Positions 52,801 to 62,700 of a stretch of 64,000 nucleotides of DNA are shown piece after piece; the first letter of the stretch is position 1, and every line of letters starts with the position of its first letter. Origin of the DNA: Lama guanicoe (lineage: Eukaryota); NCBI GenBank assembly GCA_013239625.1, contig MU054391.1:62001-126000 (forward strand). Reading direction: 5' to 3'. Below the pieces are notes generated by a model, which made no database searches, was not told where the DNA came from, and saw nothing but the letters and a program-made list of their open reading frames with translations. Made by a program: the position numbers and the translations under genes.

Positions 52801-55800
52801 CTCTAAGGCACGGTCCCAGTCAGCAGTCCTCATGGTGCCCAAATAAAACAACGCACAACTCTAACGCTGTGCTTTTTTCCCGTTGACAGTGTTGAAAGAC
52901 ACTGAGTGGTCTGGGCTGAGTGGGTGGTAAGGGCTGATCTGACACCTCTCCTCAATTTGGCAGCCTTAACAGAGTTTGTCAGGATGAAAGGGAAGATCCT
53001 ACGTGAGAGCTCTGCTTGGAAGACGAGGGATAAGACTCCTCCTGGTCGGGCACAGCTTTCTCGGGCAACAGAGAAATTCTCGGGAGCGCTGGAGGGAGAG
53101 TCATCCTACCATGCCGTGGCCCCCCAGGGAAACCCACTCACTAATTAAGAGACTTGCTCATGCAGGGCTCATGCGTAGAGACTGGCTATTCAATGATCCA
53201 AGCAACCACAGTGGTCTCAGATCACTGAAGGGAGAAACAGCCATTTAAGAGGGCTGCACTGACTCTGGAGGGAAGCCCAGAGGAGCTAAGCTCCCAAGCA
53301 GCACACTGGCCCGCATCACAACTTCCTTAGTAAATTTCATCCCCAATAAACTCAACTTTAAAATGGGAAGTAGAGCTTCTCAAAGAAATAAAGTGAGTCA
53401 GAAAGCCAGCCTCCAACTAACACCCCAGCCAGGTTTATGCACTTAAAAAACTTATACTTACAAGTACTTACTTAATTGGGAATTAAAGGAAAATTTTGCC
53501 ATGAAAATGGCCAATATGGGCTCTTTCATTGTGTACACATTTGTTAGAAAAAGCTGGCTTGATAAAACATCTTCTCAGAATTCTGACCCTGAGAGAACAA
53601 GTCCTTTTAGGAGAATTTGCTTTTCTCTCCTTGCACTTATCTAGACCATCTCTAATTCCTGACACTGAAAAAAAAGGTGGTTGGGGAAATGAGGCCCTTT
53701 TAAATTTAACTTATTCCAACTGTTGTTTGTAAACTAGTGAGTTTTATATTGTAATACCTGATTCATGACTAAGTTTTAAAATAAAGCTATGAGATCTCTG
53801 GTTGTGTCTGTCTGTATGTCTGTGTATGTATATATGTCTTTACCTTTGGATGGTTTTATCAAAATTAATTTGTAAACGAGCTCTACTTAATTGGCTTAAA
53901 GGAAAGTAAGTGCTTATATAAATTTTCAGAAATATAAAAGGAAAACTGGCCAAAATGAATTTCAGGTTCACATGAACTGGGAAATATTCAGTACTAAGTA
54001 CTTGGTATTAAAGTCAGTTTGTTTGTTGATTTAATTAATATAGACTTGTCTTTAGAGTTATCAACATTAAATATAATGCCTTTATTGTACCCTAGTTTAA
54101 TAGAAGTCAAATAAGATCTTACTGTATCTGTTGCAAATGTGTCAGCAAGAAAAATAACTTGGTATGATGAAATTTTTTATAAGAAAATTAAATATAAATG
54201 AGATAATAGCTTTTGGGTGAACTCTTCACACTTGATCTCAGCCAAAAGGCCAAGAAGCGATGGGTGAACTCTTTAGGAATAATTATGTTTTAGGAGTATT
54301 TACTTAAAAGTAATCTCTCCAGATATTTGGCAACTTAAAATTTTAAAGTTGTGCTAAATTAAGTTAAATGATGGTAGTTTACTGAATAGCCAGGTCATTT
54401 CTAGCTATTTAGTCATAAGATACTGCAACATTAATTATTAGACATTGACTTCCTTTTATAGAGAAACTAAAGGTATTCAGGACTAATAAAAATATGTTTG
54501 GTACCACACTGAAATGTTTTCTATAAGGAAGTACATGTTTTTCGATGTTATTATTGGTATTTATATTTGTTATTCTACAAAATGCTAACATAAAAGACAA
54601 TTCATAATTGCTTACTTCTTAGTTTTCACTAAAAATAAAGATTTTTAAGAGTTAAGAATTCTAATTTAAATATGTAATTAAAACTACTAGAAATAATAAG
54701 GGAAACATTTCAGCATACAGTAGGAACATTGGATGTGTGTTTTCAGTTAAAAAAAAGTATGAGGAACAGACTTGCAGTTTGTTGACGGAAAAGAAAGTAG
54801 TTTTGTCCTAGAGTTGGTTATTTCTAAACGGGAAAAAAATAGGGGACAAACTAATATGAATACAAAAAGTTATAGAAGATTTGTGGGAAAAGAACCATGA
54901 GAAAAGAGTTTTTAGTATGGTCAGGATGGGTTAAATTTATAATAAACTTAATTGAGCAAATAAATTTTAAAAAGTAAGCTGAAGCAAGCTGGAATTTGCC
55001 TTTTCTTTCTGTTAAGAAAACAGTTTTCTTAGACTATTGAGCTGCTTTTGATAACAGATTTTAAGTTGTGTTTTTTTGTTTGTTTGTTTGTTTACCTTTT
55101 AAGTGGTCTGTTCTATATTTGCCTTTGAAATCTTTTGTCACTTTGGCTAAGTGAATAAGTATTGTTTCATAGTGATCTATAATTTTATTTGACCAAGTGT
55201 TTTAAACATTTTATATATATATATATATATATTTTTTTTTTCCTATAAATTTCCCAAATTCTAATGAAGTTCCTTTGGCCTCTAGCTAACTTTGTAATGC
55301 TGCAAAGGGCCCCTGAAACACCCCAAAGAGAGGTACTAAACTAATTAGGTTCATTTGGTATGCTAAATTACATGGGAAGCATTGTCAAATGAGTAACAAA
55401 TCTTCTTAGGTTATATTGTATGGTAATGTCATGAATATGGATACCCTAGAAACTATATGAAGTTCCTAAGAATCTGGTATGTCCTGGTAAAATATTATCA
55501 GTCATAATTCTAGTCATTATCTTAAAACATTGTATATCACAACAGTAACTATGTGTCTTTGTCAACAGCATTGTAATCAGGTTTTAACTGTGCCTTTTTT
55601 AAGTCTGTCATTCATAGGCAGTTACTGTTTTACACTGATGCCTTTGCAAAAGTGCTTTCTGTTTAAGAAAATTTGTAGCAAGGACTTTTTTGATAAGTAC
55701 AGGTTTCTGATAACTTTCAGATCATACCACCGAATGGGTAAGAAATTAAGGAATTCTAATGGAAAACCTAATGGCTTCATAAAACTGCTAACAAAAAGGA

Positions 55801-58800
55801 TTACTTATATAGGACTGAGTGAACTGGTGAATATGGTTATAATTTTTATGGTTCCTCTCTGGAATATTACTAGCTTTTAATCTGTGTTTTCCAGATATAA
55901 GGAAACCCTTCCCCTCAAGCTAATTATGACTTGTAGTAATTTGGTAAATTATACTTTTGTATGGAGAATTGAAACATTTATCTTTTCTCTCTACCTGATC
56001 CCTCCAGAGACTGGAAACTCTTAGGTTCCCAACAGCCTTATCAGGTAACTTAGAAGGCTATCTCCTAATGGGAACAGAATCTCAAGGTATTTTGGGGGCC
56101 CTGAAAAGGAAGGAATTCAACTGAATATATAGATATCACAGGTGAAATCTGTGAGAAGCCATTGGCATGGCTTTCCTGGCCTTGAGGGGCCTTTTAAAAA
56201 CTTTAATCTGAGATTTTTTATAAAAAGTTCTATCATAATCAATTTTTTAAAACCCTATATGATCAACTACACTTACACAAATCATCAGGCCAAGTTTATT
56301 GAAATCAGACTTACTTTGCAAACACATAATTTTGATTTGTTTGTTTTAATTTGTCTATATTTGATAGAAATGAAGGTAATTTTAGAGATAAAAAGATTCT
56401 GTTTCAGTGGATATTAAATTCTAATTTTGTTAATTGAGGTCTGTATGTACTGCTTGAGACTTCCCAGAAAGCTCCTTGCTGTTATGTTATATTTCTGTTA
56501 AGTTTAATTAAATTATTAAAAGGACACTCTAAGCTTGTTTCTGAAGCTTATATCAGTAATTTATATCTGGCTGAAGATCAGATGCCCCATGACTTGCGAT
56601 CTAGAACTCTTATCAGGTATCTTAACTGGTTCATGCACAGTGAAACTGAAGCGAATTGATTCTTGAATTAATATTTCCATTTAGAAAGGGCCCCTGCACT
56701 GGATTGGCCTACAGAGAGGACTTCTGACCTCAAAACCACCTTAAAACAATGCTCAAAGAGAGGAGGAACTACCAGCCGAGGGTGAGAAGAAGATGACGTC
56801 TGAGGTATACAGCTGACCCAAGGAGCCAGACCAGGCCTGTGTTCCAATTACTTTGATAATCGCTCCCACCTTTGCTTAGGAATCAAATGTATTCCACAGC
56901 CTCATGCAGTTAAAGTTAATTAAGTTGTTAGGTTTATGGTCAATTATCTGTATCTAGTGCTGACCTAAGAGTGAGCAGTCCTAGCACTGTGGGACAAAAA
57001 TGGTCATGAAACGCCTCCCGAACTATGGTCAAATTTATGAACATGAGGAAGCCCTGACAGCTAAAAATTGTTACTTTCCAGCTACCTCTGCTTGGATTAA
57101 ATCACTAGCCACTGCAGTCACTGACTTTCAACGTAGTCTGAAAGGAGTTCAGGGTGGAGATCAGGAATGAGGCGCTCTGTGCTCTGGGAAAACTGGCAGA
57201 ACAGGCCTTCAGATAGTTAGATATTTTCAGACAAAGAATTTATGATTTTATTCTTGCATCTCCTCATATCTAGAAAGCACTAACATCATTAATAGAGACA
57301 TGTGCTCCTCATGACTAGCAGCAACCTTTTGCCAAAACGCGTGCTTGACTGCATGTCCCTCTTCCTCAAAATTACATGTGTACTGAACCCCATCCTCACC
57401 CCTTCGAAGCAGTTCTTCAAGCTATCTAAGAACCTGTGTCCTAGTCTACAGTCCTCATTTTGTCCCAAATAAAGCGTAACTCACAGGTCCACACTGGGCA
57501 TTTTTTTTAGTTGACAACCTCCAGGAAGGAACCTAGAAGGGAAGGCCAGCCTTCTTTCTCATCCTCCTTTCAGGGTCATCTCAGTTTCCCCAAGGCTCCA
57601 CCCTCTTCTGCTTACACTCACACCTCAGGTGTGACTTGAAGCACATTTATATCTGATAATCCTATAGGTTTTATCTAGCCTTTAACCTTCCCCTAAATGT
57701 GAGACTTACAGTATCACTTACCTACTGGAACTTGGTATCAAGTATCAAGTACGCAACTCAAGTCAAACACATTTACACTTAACTGTGGTGCCAGACCACC
57801 TCCCCAGCCTGCTCCCCAAGCTTCCTCTCCAGCTCACACTCAGAACCTGGGCTAGCTATGACTTCTCTAGTTCTCTCATACCCAGTGCCAATCCATCGGC
57901 ATGCCCTATCAGAACATCAACCTTCAGTGGGCTTGGAACTGACTACTCCTCACCTCCTCCCCTGCTACCATCCTGGCCCACAGAATAACAGTGGTTTCTG
58001 TTCAACAGACTCCTGTGCGGTTTCTCTGTTCCTAGTCTTGATCACCTATGGTCATTCTCCAAAGAAATGCTCTATGTAATATCTCAGATAATACTACTCC
58101 ACTGCTAACATCCCTCAAACATTTTTCATCATATTTAGTTTGTACCATGGTCATCTGTCTATCTGCCTGCCTATCTATCTATCTATCTATCTATCTACCT
58201 ACCTACCTACCTAATCTTTCTAATCTCATCTCTCCCTCTAGAACATGAGTGCTATGAGGTTAAGCACACTGACTATTTAATTAACTGTAATATCGCCAAC
58301 ACATACTATAATGACATATAGAAAGTGTCCAATAAAACACCTGTTAAGTGGATAAATAGTACTTGTATGGCTTTTTGGAATTAAAGGTCAAATCCCTGTG
58401 AGGAGTAGGAAAGGCTTATGTATACAGAAAATCCAGGGGGTTTGGAAGCATGTGTGCTAAGTAAGAGCAATATTTGCTTGCCTCTCCAACTCTGTAATGT
58501 TTCCTAGACCCTGAGGGAGAGGAGGGTCACTGGGAAGCGAGGCTCCAGTTGATGGTATAGTGCCCAGAGTTAGTCCTTCTAGGACCTCCCAGGAAAGGGA
58601 GGACAAAACCCAAACAAAACAAAAGCTAAGAAGCTCTGAGTGCAATGAGGCCAACAAGCAGAATAACCCAAGAAGCCTCCTGCAGCTGCCAAGTGGGGGT
58701 TCACCTCTGAGTCCCCTTTGGCCCAGAAGGCCCAGGAGAGCCAGTGGCCTGGCTTGCAGGTTGTTCCATCAGAGCTGGAGTGTCAGGGCCATGTGCCTGC

Positions 58801-61800
58801 AACAAGGGCATGCTTCAGAATTAACGCTGACTGAAGACCAACAGGAAGTCTGAGTGGGCAGAGATGGCACAGGCCTGACACCTCTTCTCAACAACCCCCC
58901 AAAACAAGATTGAAAACAAGGGCTCATAAGAACACATCTACATTTCTGGCACCTAAGTCTGTGATCTGAGATTCATCCTCACACATGCTCACCACTCAGC
59001 TGCAGTCCCCGCAGGCCAGAAGCAGGGCCTCTCTGAGCGGTGCCCCCGCAGTGCTTCGTGTACATGTCCAGACGCTCAATATCGCTCACTGATGGGCACC
59101 AACAAACTGCAGTGGAAATCTGGTCCTTCTGCTGCTGAGTTTTATTTCAGAACCAGCACAGCTGGCCTGTTCCCATCCGTGCTGCACCTGGTGTGGGGCA
59201 GGTGCTCTGCTACAGAACCAGCTGGAACTGACCCACATCAGCATCTGAGCTGCTGAACTGTCTCCTTCAAAGCACTTGTGTTAGGACTTGCTGCAAGATT
59301 CTATCACCATAGGGGAGAGCCTGAGGGTGGAGCCATGCAGAGGAGCAGATGAGGAGGGCTCTGCTTCAGCCCAGGGCTGGGCCACCATCAAAGCCAGAGG
59401 TAGCTCTGGGCTGCTCAGTCACATGGGCCAGTAAAATCCTCATCCACCAAAGCCAATTTGGATCAGATTTTCTGATGCATGCAACTAAAGCATAGTAAAT
59501 AATGCATAAATCTTACCCCCAAAAGACTTTCTACTTCGAACTCTATCAACCAACCAGCAGTAAAACAGTCAAATAAGCAAATTCCTCAGTTGAGAGTTGC
59601 TACTGCAAACATCCTGTGTTGGGAAGGTCATGGCCTCTTTCGTAAACATGGGCAGGAAAGCAACAGGACTGGAATTCAGATGCAGCCTAGGATGCCTGCA
59701 GACCATGGAGCTCCAGCACAAGACTGAGTTCCAGACGTGGTCCTGTGTCCCTGGGAACAGGGTATCTCAAGGCTGCTGGTGGTGAGGATACCTTCATGTT
59801 CAGCTGAACTCCAGAAGAGCTTGGCTCCTTTGGATAGTACAGATCCTATTCAATACCTGATAAAAGCATATTGCCTGGTTGTAGTTGTGCATAGAGAATT
59901 TCTGTCAGAGCCAACAGACAATAATAATGATTTAGAGCTAAACTCAGTTTCTGTCCCTGGCATTGCCCACGTTCCCTCTGCTGTACCACAAGGCAGGATG
60001 AGCATGGTCTGAGCAGAACGTGGGTATCATTATATTGCTGAAATTATGAAAATACAGGTCACTACTAAGTCATAGTTTGCATCTGAACATTCCTAAGTCT
60101 TAAGTCTCTTGACTTCCAAGGCAAAGCAAATTATCTATAAATATTTGAGTTTCCTCCTAAGAGAAGAATAATTGCCAAACCTCAAGCCAAGAAGAGATGT
60201 AAAGTTTTCTTTAAAAAGTAACTAAATGTTTGAAAATTTCCATACTAAGGCTTTTTTCCTTAATGAAGTTTATAAAATACCGGGGAGACATGTTTTACTT
60301 TAGAAACCTCAAAAGCTTCACATGAGCTTAAGATGTGGAAATAATTTCCATATTGATCACAGGGCAATAAACTCAGGGCTGGGGCCACTGGGGGCAATAG
60401 CACCAGTAGACTCAGAGTAAACTGCCACCTGGGATGAGAAAACTGACCAGTCTCCAATCCAGGCTCCCAGGGCCTGGGATGAAAGCAAGGAGGGCAAAGT
60501 CCCTGCCGACAGCTCATCCTCACACAGTTCAGGGCTTCTCGCACTTCACTCCCATCAGCAAGCAATTGCATCTGCTATTTTCCTCAATGGACTCAACTAT
60601 GAGAGGGCTGCTTAAAGGAAATTGTTACAGGTTTTTATTTTGGCTCTAAGCCTTAGCCAAAACAAACTTTACATATCTATGTAATCTTTTAAAAGCCTTT
60701 GAAATATTGCCTTCAGCTTTATTAGAACATTATCATCTTAGACACTACTGCTGGATAACAATGGCCATTGTTTCTTAAACCAATTCTTTCTGTGGCCTGG
60801 GTTTAACTACTTCCTTTGTCTTAAGGAGACAAAGCTTGTCAGTTGTAGAAATCAAACCTTTCTCTCTGATTAAATCATTAAACTTCTAATCCAAATCGCA
60901 AACCAGACAGACCATTTGAACCCCAGATATGAGTGTGGACTGTGCCTCTTTTCTTGTTCCTTTGACCTCAGGCTTTGGATAGGGACCAAGCCCACAGAGT
61001 GACAAGAAACATAGCTTCCAGCATATGGAAAGCTTTGACTTACACTCGCTCTACCTTTTCCCAAATCGCAGAGTGATCCTGGCTCAGAGCAGGACCACAC
61101 ATGTCACTCTGGTCTGGTCATTCGGTGTGGTAAATGGACTCTTCTCAAAGAAAATAAAAAATTCCCTGTGCTTGGGTTATAAACTGCACAGGATGGTGTC
61201 TTATCATGATACACTTGCAAATAAGGCAATGTGCAGAAGGACTTCTGTGGCCACCGGTCAATCAGGACAGCAGCAATACCTGCCTCCCCCGCCAGCACAG
61301 CACCGTTCTCTTCTTTCCAAACACCACATCCTTATTTCTAAACAGTGAGAAGTCCCCTGAGAAAAGTACCTAAGCGGAAGAAATGCATCAAATCGCTCTT
61401 GGTGAGCAAATATTTCCTTCAAATAATTTTTTTTACCCTGACAAAAGGTCAGGGATAGTAGTAACTCATTTAAATAGAACATTTGTAAACCAGATAACCA
61501 ATTCTACTTAATTTAAGCATGATAAACAGGATGGACGTTCTAACTTATTTCAGCCTCCACGGGTGTGCCAGTAGCAGGACACACCAAAGACTAAACAGCA
61601 CCTTGGAGACCTGTTATTTCTCTGAGATGCGTGTGTGCAGATTTTCTGACTAACCCATTATTATCTCAGGCGTTTCCCACATCTCAATAAAAGCTCTCAT
61701 GAGGACAAGAATGCAGGACATGTAGGTTCTATATGCAGAAGAAAACCTGAAAACCTTTTCCCCTTTGGTTGATCATTCTGGGGCCATCAGATTCCTACTC

Positions 61801-62594
61801 TTCGCCGGCAGGGGTCCCATGTCTGTGTCATGCTCTCCAGCTCAGCCTCGGCAGCAGCAGTGGTGACACTAAAGTATTTGTTGAAATATAAAGTGAAAAT
61901 GACACATTTCCAGCTAGCAGGGTAAATCTCACTACCTTATGGCCCTCTACCAATTCAGAGCAGTTTCACATTTCCTTAAACAAGGAAAACCATCATAGCA
62001 ATGAGATCCAGGGTCCAGGGTTCACAGGGCCAGGCAGGCAGCCGCTCTGCCCCAAGAGGTTCCCTCACACTGTGGCCGATAGCAGGCAGCTCCAGGTGAG
62101 CGGTGGACGCCTGGCCCTTCCACTTAGGTGAGGCCAAGGAGAGATGGCCAGGCTCTAACTCCTGCCCCAGGGGCCAGGCGCACCCAACCCAACCGTCTGA
62201 CAAAGGTCCAGACTGTCCTCTATGGAAACCAATGGGGACGGAAAAGACAGTAACTAACGCTGGCTTTTCAAATATTACATATTTACAAATAACATAAAAT
62301 TCATTACAATCATTAAAATAAAAACTTGGGAAGGGCTTTTCTGTGAACTGAGTCGACTGGGTCTAAACTTGAATTGCAGCCGCATTGTGGAGAGTCCAGG
62401 GAGTTGGTTCCTCCTAACTTTTGACAGTCTGCAGGTGCTACATGCGCAACAGCTAAAATCCCAAAGACATCGTTCCTCCCTCTTTCACCAAAGATTTACC
62501 CTAGCAAAGCTTTTTTAAAGGGTAAGGCGGCGGTGAGGGGGAGGTTCCCGATCCCAGGTGAGGTTCAGCGGCGTCACCGACACCTGTACTCACT
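16770..62594 (-). CDS. SH3YL1: SH3 domain-containing YSC84-like protein 1; spliced CDS join(62594,44563..44673,41548..41661,39373..39437,33054..33166,32085..32213,29358..29526,28679..28757,22300..22356,16770..16960), 342 aa
   Basis: Ten exons with canonical AG/GT boundaries and compatible phases sum to 1029 nt. The translation [23 protein letters not shown]...[23 protein letters not shown] matches recalled mammalian SH3YL1. The ACP1 neighbour matches known synteny. Confidence 0.96.
20988..21795 (+). mobile_element. Young 5'-truncated L1 with intact ORF2 C-terminus (ORF 20994..21461), 3'UTR, (AAAAC)n tail and a 16-bp TSD
   Basis: Uninterrupted ORF2 peptide ([18 protein letters not shown]...[10 protein letters not shown]). 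TSD AAAACCCAACCAACCG at 20972-20987 and 21796-21811. Confidence 0.95.
22300..22356 (-). CDS. SH3YL1: SH3YL1 exon 9 (57 nt, symmetric phase 1-1): [20 protein letters not shown]
   Basis: tttcctttttgcag|GTAGC...GAGCTG|gtaagt; resembles the recalled human linker and brings the total to 342 aa. Confidence 0.9.
22716..23450. mobile_element. hAT-Charlie (Charlie4-like) DNA transposon fragment
   Basis: Begins CAGTGATTTTCAA (hAT TIR-like). The AT-rich body (ATAGTGATTTGAACTCACCATCATTCATT...CAACAAAAATTTGTACATAAATT) resembles the recalled consensus; right end approximate. Confidence 0.5.
24635..25613 (+). mobile_element. L1 ORF2 (reverse transcriptase region) fragment
   Basis: ATGATTATCTCAACAGATGCAGAAAAAGCTTTTGATAAA; peptide [19 protein letters not shown] in ORF 24845..25048; frameshifted. 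Confidence 0.9.
25615..27969 (+). mobile_element. Tigger2-like (TcMar-Tigger) DNA transposon lacking its 5' end, with decayed transposase
   Basis: Transposase-like peptides ([38 protein letters not shown]). The 3' TIR-like TGTTTAAGGGTCCACTG ends at 27969. Confidence 0.85.
26543..26565. repeat. (GT)n microsatellite inside Tigger2
   Basis: Direct reading, about 11 units. Confidence 0.9.
28679..28757 (-). CDS. SH3YL1: SH3YL1 exon 8 (79 nt): [26 protein letters not shown]
   Basis: ttcttctcag|GCTAAAG...TCACAAA|gtaaat; phase fits the neighbouring exons. Confidence 0.94.
29358..29526 (-). CDS. SH3YL1: SH3YL1 exon 7 (169 nt): [56 protein letters not shown]
   Basis: tttcttattag|ATTCTAC...GCTTCT|gtaagg; the peptide is in ORF 29328..29603. 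Confidence 0.97.
30645..31980 (-). mobile_element. Tigger1 5' fragment interrupted by a solo LTR
   Basis: GATGGCTTCTTTCCTTAAACCTCA...CTCTGCTA continues after the LTR as AAATTTTCTTTCTGTAGCTTCCTCACCTCTC. ORF 31477..31719 contains the Tigger1 transposase N-terminus ([21 protein letters not shown]). TIR-like GAGGTCTGCCT near 31970. Confidence 0.88.
30708..31194 (-). mobile_element. Solo ERV1-class (MER41-like) LTR, 487 bp, 4-bp TSD CTGC
   Basis: TG...CA termini. TSD at 30704-30707 and 31195-31198. AATAAA on the minus strand at 30752-30757, near the LTR 3' end. Confidence 0.9.
32085..32213 (-). CDS. SH3YL1: SH3YL1 exon 6 (129 nt): [43 protein letters not shown]
   Basis: tttgcag|GAATTTAG...CGAAA|gtaagt; the peptide is in ORF 32081..32275. 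Confidence 0.97.
33054..33166 (-). CDS. SH3YL1: SH3YL1 exon 5 (113 nt): [38 protein letters not shown]
   Basis: tttcag|GTGTCAGAC...TTGGGACG|gtgagt. Confidence 0.96.
34025..34140 (+). mobile_element. MIR fragment
   Basis: TGTGACCTTGGGCAAAT...CCTCGGCCTCCTTCTCTGCAAAATGGGTGTAATAATAG is the MIR core. Confidence 0.7.
36200..36469 (+). mobile_element. ERVL-type (LTR16/LTR33-like) LTR 3' part
   Basis: Ends CCCTGTCTCAGGCTCCGTCTCTAGGGAGCCCAGTTAGAGACA, like ERVL LTR termini; left boundary uncertain. Confidence 0.45.
38034..38214 (+). mobile_element. Young, severely 5'-truncated L1 3' end (about 180 bp) with a 14-bp TSD
   Basis: Matches 21601-21781 except for one base. TSD AAAAAGTTGATTTA at 38020-38033 and 38215-38228. 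Confidence 0.95.
39373..39437 (-). CDS. SH3YL1: SH3YL1 exon 4 (65 nt): [22 protein letters not shown]
   Basis: tttttactag|AATGG...ATAGAG|gtgagt; the peptide is in ORF 39307..39489. Confidence 0.97.
41548..41661 (-). CDS. SH3YL1: SH3YL1 exon 3 (114 nt): [38 protein letters not shown]
   Basis: cttttgcag|CTCAC...GATGGAA|gtaagt; the peptide is visible in ORF 41285..41794. Confidence 0.97.
43537..43707. mobile_element. MER5A-like hAT-Charlie MITE
   Basis: TIRs CAGTGCTTC...GAAGCACTG; internal CTGCATTTCTAACAAGTTCCCAGGTGA; flanks share TCTTAAG. Confidence 0.8.
44563..44673 (-). CDS. SH3YL1: SH3YL1 exon 2 (111 nt): (M)[36 protein letters not shown]
   Basis: ttttatcttttag|TGAATAACCCT...ATCATTCCTG|gtaggt; not in the ORF track. 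Confidence 0.96.
45340..46420 (-). mobile_element. Old L1/HAL1-like ORF1 and 5' region remnant
   Basis: T-rich antisense ORF1-like sequence (TTCAGTCCTGGAAATTCCATTTGGTT...TCTCTGTCTGATAATT). Confidence 0.55.
45981..46034. repeat. (AC)27 perfect microsatellite
   Basis: Direct reading. Confidence 0.95.
46420..48570. mobile_element. Cluster of highly degenerate L1ME-like ORF2 fragments in both orientations
   Basis: Alternating A-rich and T-rich blocks with L1 motifs (TTCTCAAATTCATATGGAAAAA; CCACAGACTGGAAAATATTTGC). Confidence 0.55.
48757..49150 (+). mobile_element. MaLR LTR (MLT1B/C-like)
   Basis: TTATTTAGAAAAAGGGTCTTTGCAAA...GGGTGGTCCCTAAATCCAA...CAGAGGCAGAG...GGTCATTTGTTTGGGCAGCCCAGGAAACTAATATACA. 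Confidence 0.8.
49796..49844. repeat. Compound microsatellite G(CG)5CA(CG)6(CA)12
   Basis: Direct reading; uninterrupted purine-pyrimidine alternation. Confidence 0.95.
51725..52161. mobile_element. MER58-like hAT-Charlie element (degenerate)
   Basis: CAGGGG start, GTTTTACACTTTTGACGGTTGAAAAAA...AAAAGAAGAATGATATTT body and TCTGGCCCT...GCCAAC end. Confidence 0.4.
52429..57516 (+). mobile_element. Non-coding ERV1-class (MER4-group-like) provirus: 5' LTR 52429-52888, AT-rich internal region, 3' LTR 57055-57516
   Basis: Two diverged ~460-bp direct repeats share blocks such as GGATTAAATCAC..GCCACTGCAGTCACTGAC and AGTTCAGGGTGGAGATCAGGAATGAGGC. Both have TG...GTTGACA termini and AATAAA near the 3' end. 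No gag/pol/env ORF is recognisable, and the TSD is not clean (GTCT vs ACCT). Confidence 0.88.
54228..54261 (-). pseudogene. 3'-truncated (tailless) U2 snRNA retropseudogene, nt 1-34
   Basis: Minus strand ATCGCTTCTTGGCCTTTTGGCTGAGATCAAGTGT vs U2 5' end ATCGCTTCTCGGCCTTTTGGCTAAGATCAAGTGT (32/34). TSD GGGTGAACTCTT at 54215-54226 and 54262-54273. Confidence 0.92.
57540..58358 (+). mobile_element. L2 3' fragment containing a (CTAT)/(CCTA)n tract at about 58155-58213
   Basis: CTACCATCCTGGCCCA, ACTCCACTGCT, TCTCCCTCTAGAACATGAG and terminal CAATAAAACACCTGTTAAGTGGATAAAT. Confidence 0.6.
59200..59506 (+). mobile_element. Old MaLR LTR (MLT1J/K-like) 3' part
   Basis: CAGTCACATGGGCCAGTAAAATCC...AAGCCAATTTGGATCAGATTTTCTG...TGCAACTAAAG resembles the MLT1 3' end. 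Confidence 0.55.
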
Positions 62595-62700
62595 TGTGAT
62601 CCCGAGCCTGGTCCGCTCCGGCGCCCCTCGAGCTGCGGACACTTACCCAGGAAGAGGAAGGGCGCTCCCCGCCCGGCTCCGCCTCCCAGGGCAGGGACCG
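62594..62700 (-). CDS. SH3YL1: SH3YL1 exon 1 (5'UTR plus only the A of the ATG at 62594; the 5' boundary/TSS is not determinable and 62700 is a placeholder)
   Basis: Minus strand reads ...GGGATCACAA|gtgagtac, a strong donor ending in A. It joins exon 2 (TGAAT...) to form ATG with A at -3. It lies in the CpG island. Confidence 0.72.

Noticed and set aside
54228..54261. Functional U2 snRNA gene
   Set aside because: Only 34 nt are present. There is no Sm site or 3' stem-loops, and it is flanked by a TSD.
52556..57190. Interferon/STAT (GAS) motifs in the MER41-like LTRs
   Set aside because: Only degenerate sites were found: CTTTGGGAA at 52556-52564, CTCTGGGAA at 57182-57190, and one TTC-N4-GAA at 52599-52608 absent from the other LTR. 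No canonical TTCNNNGAA was seen in the solo LTR.
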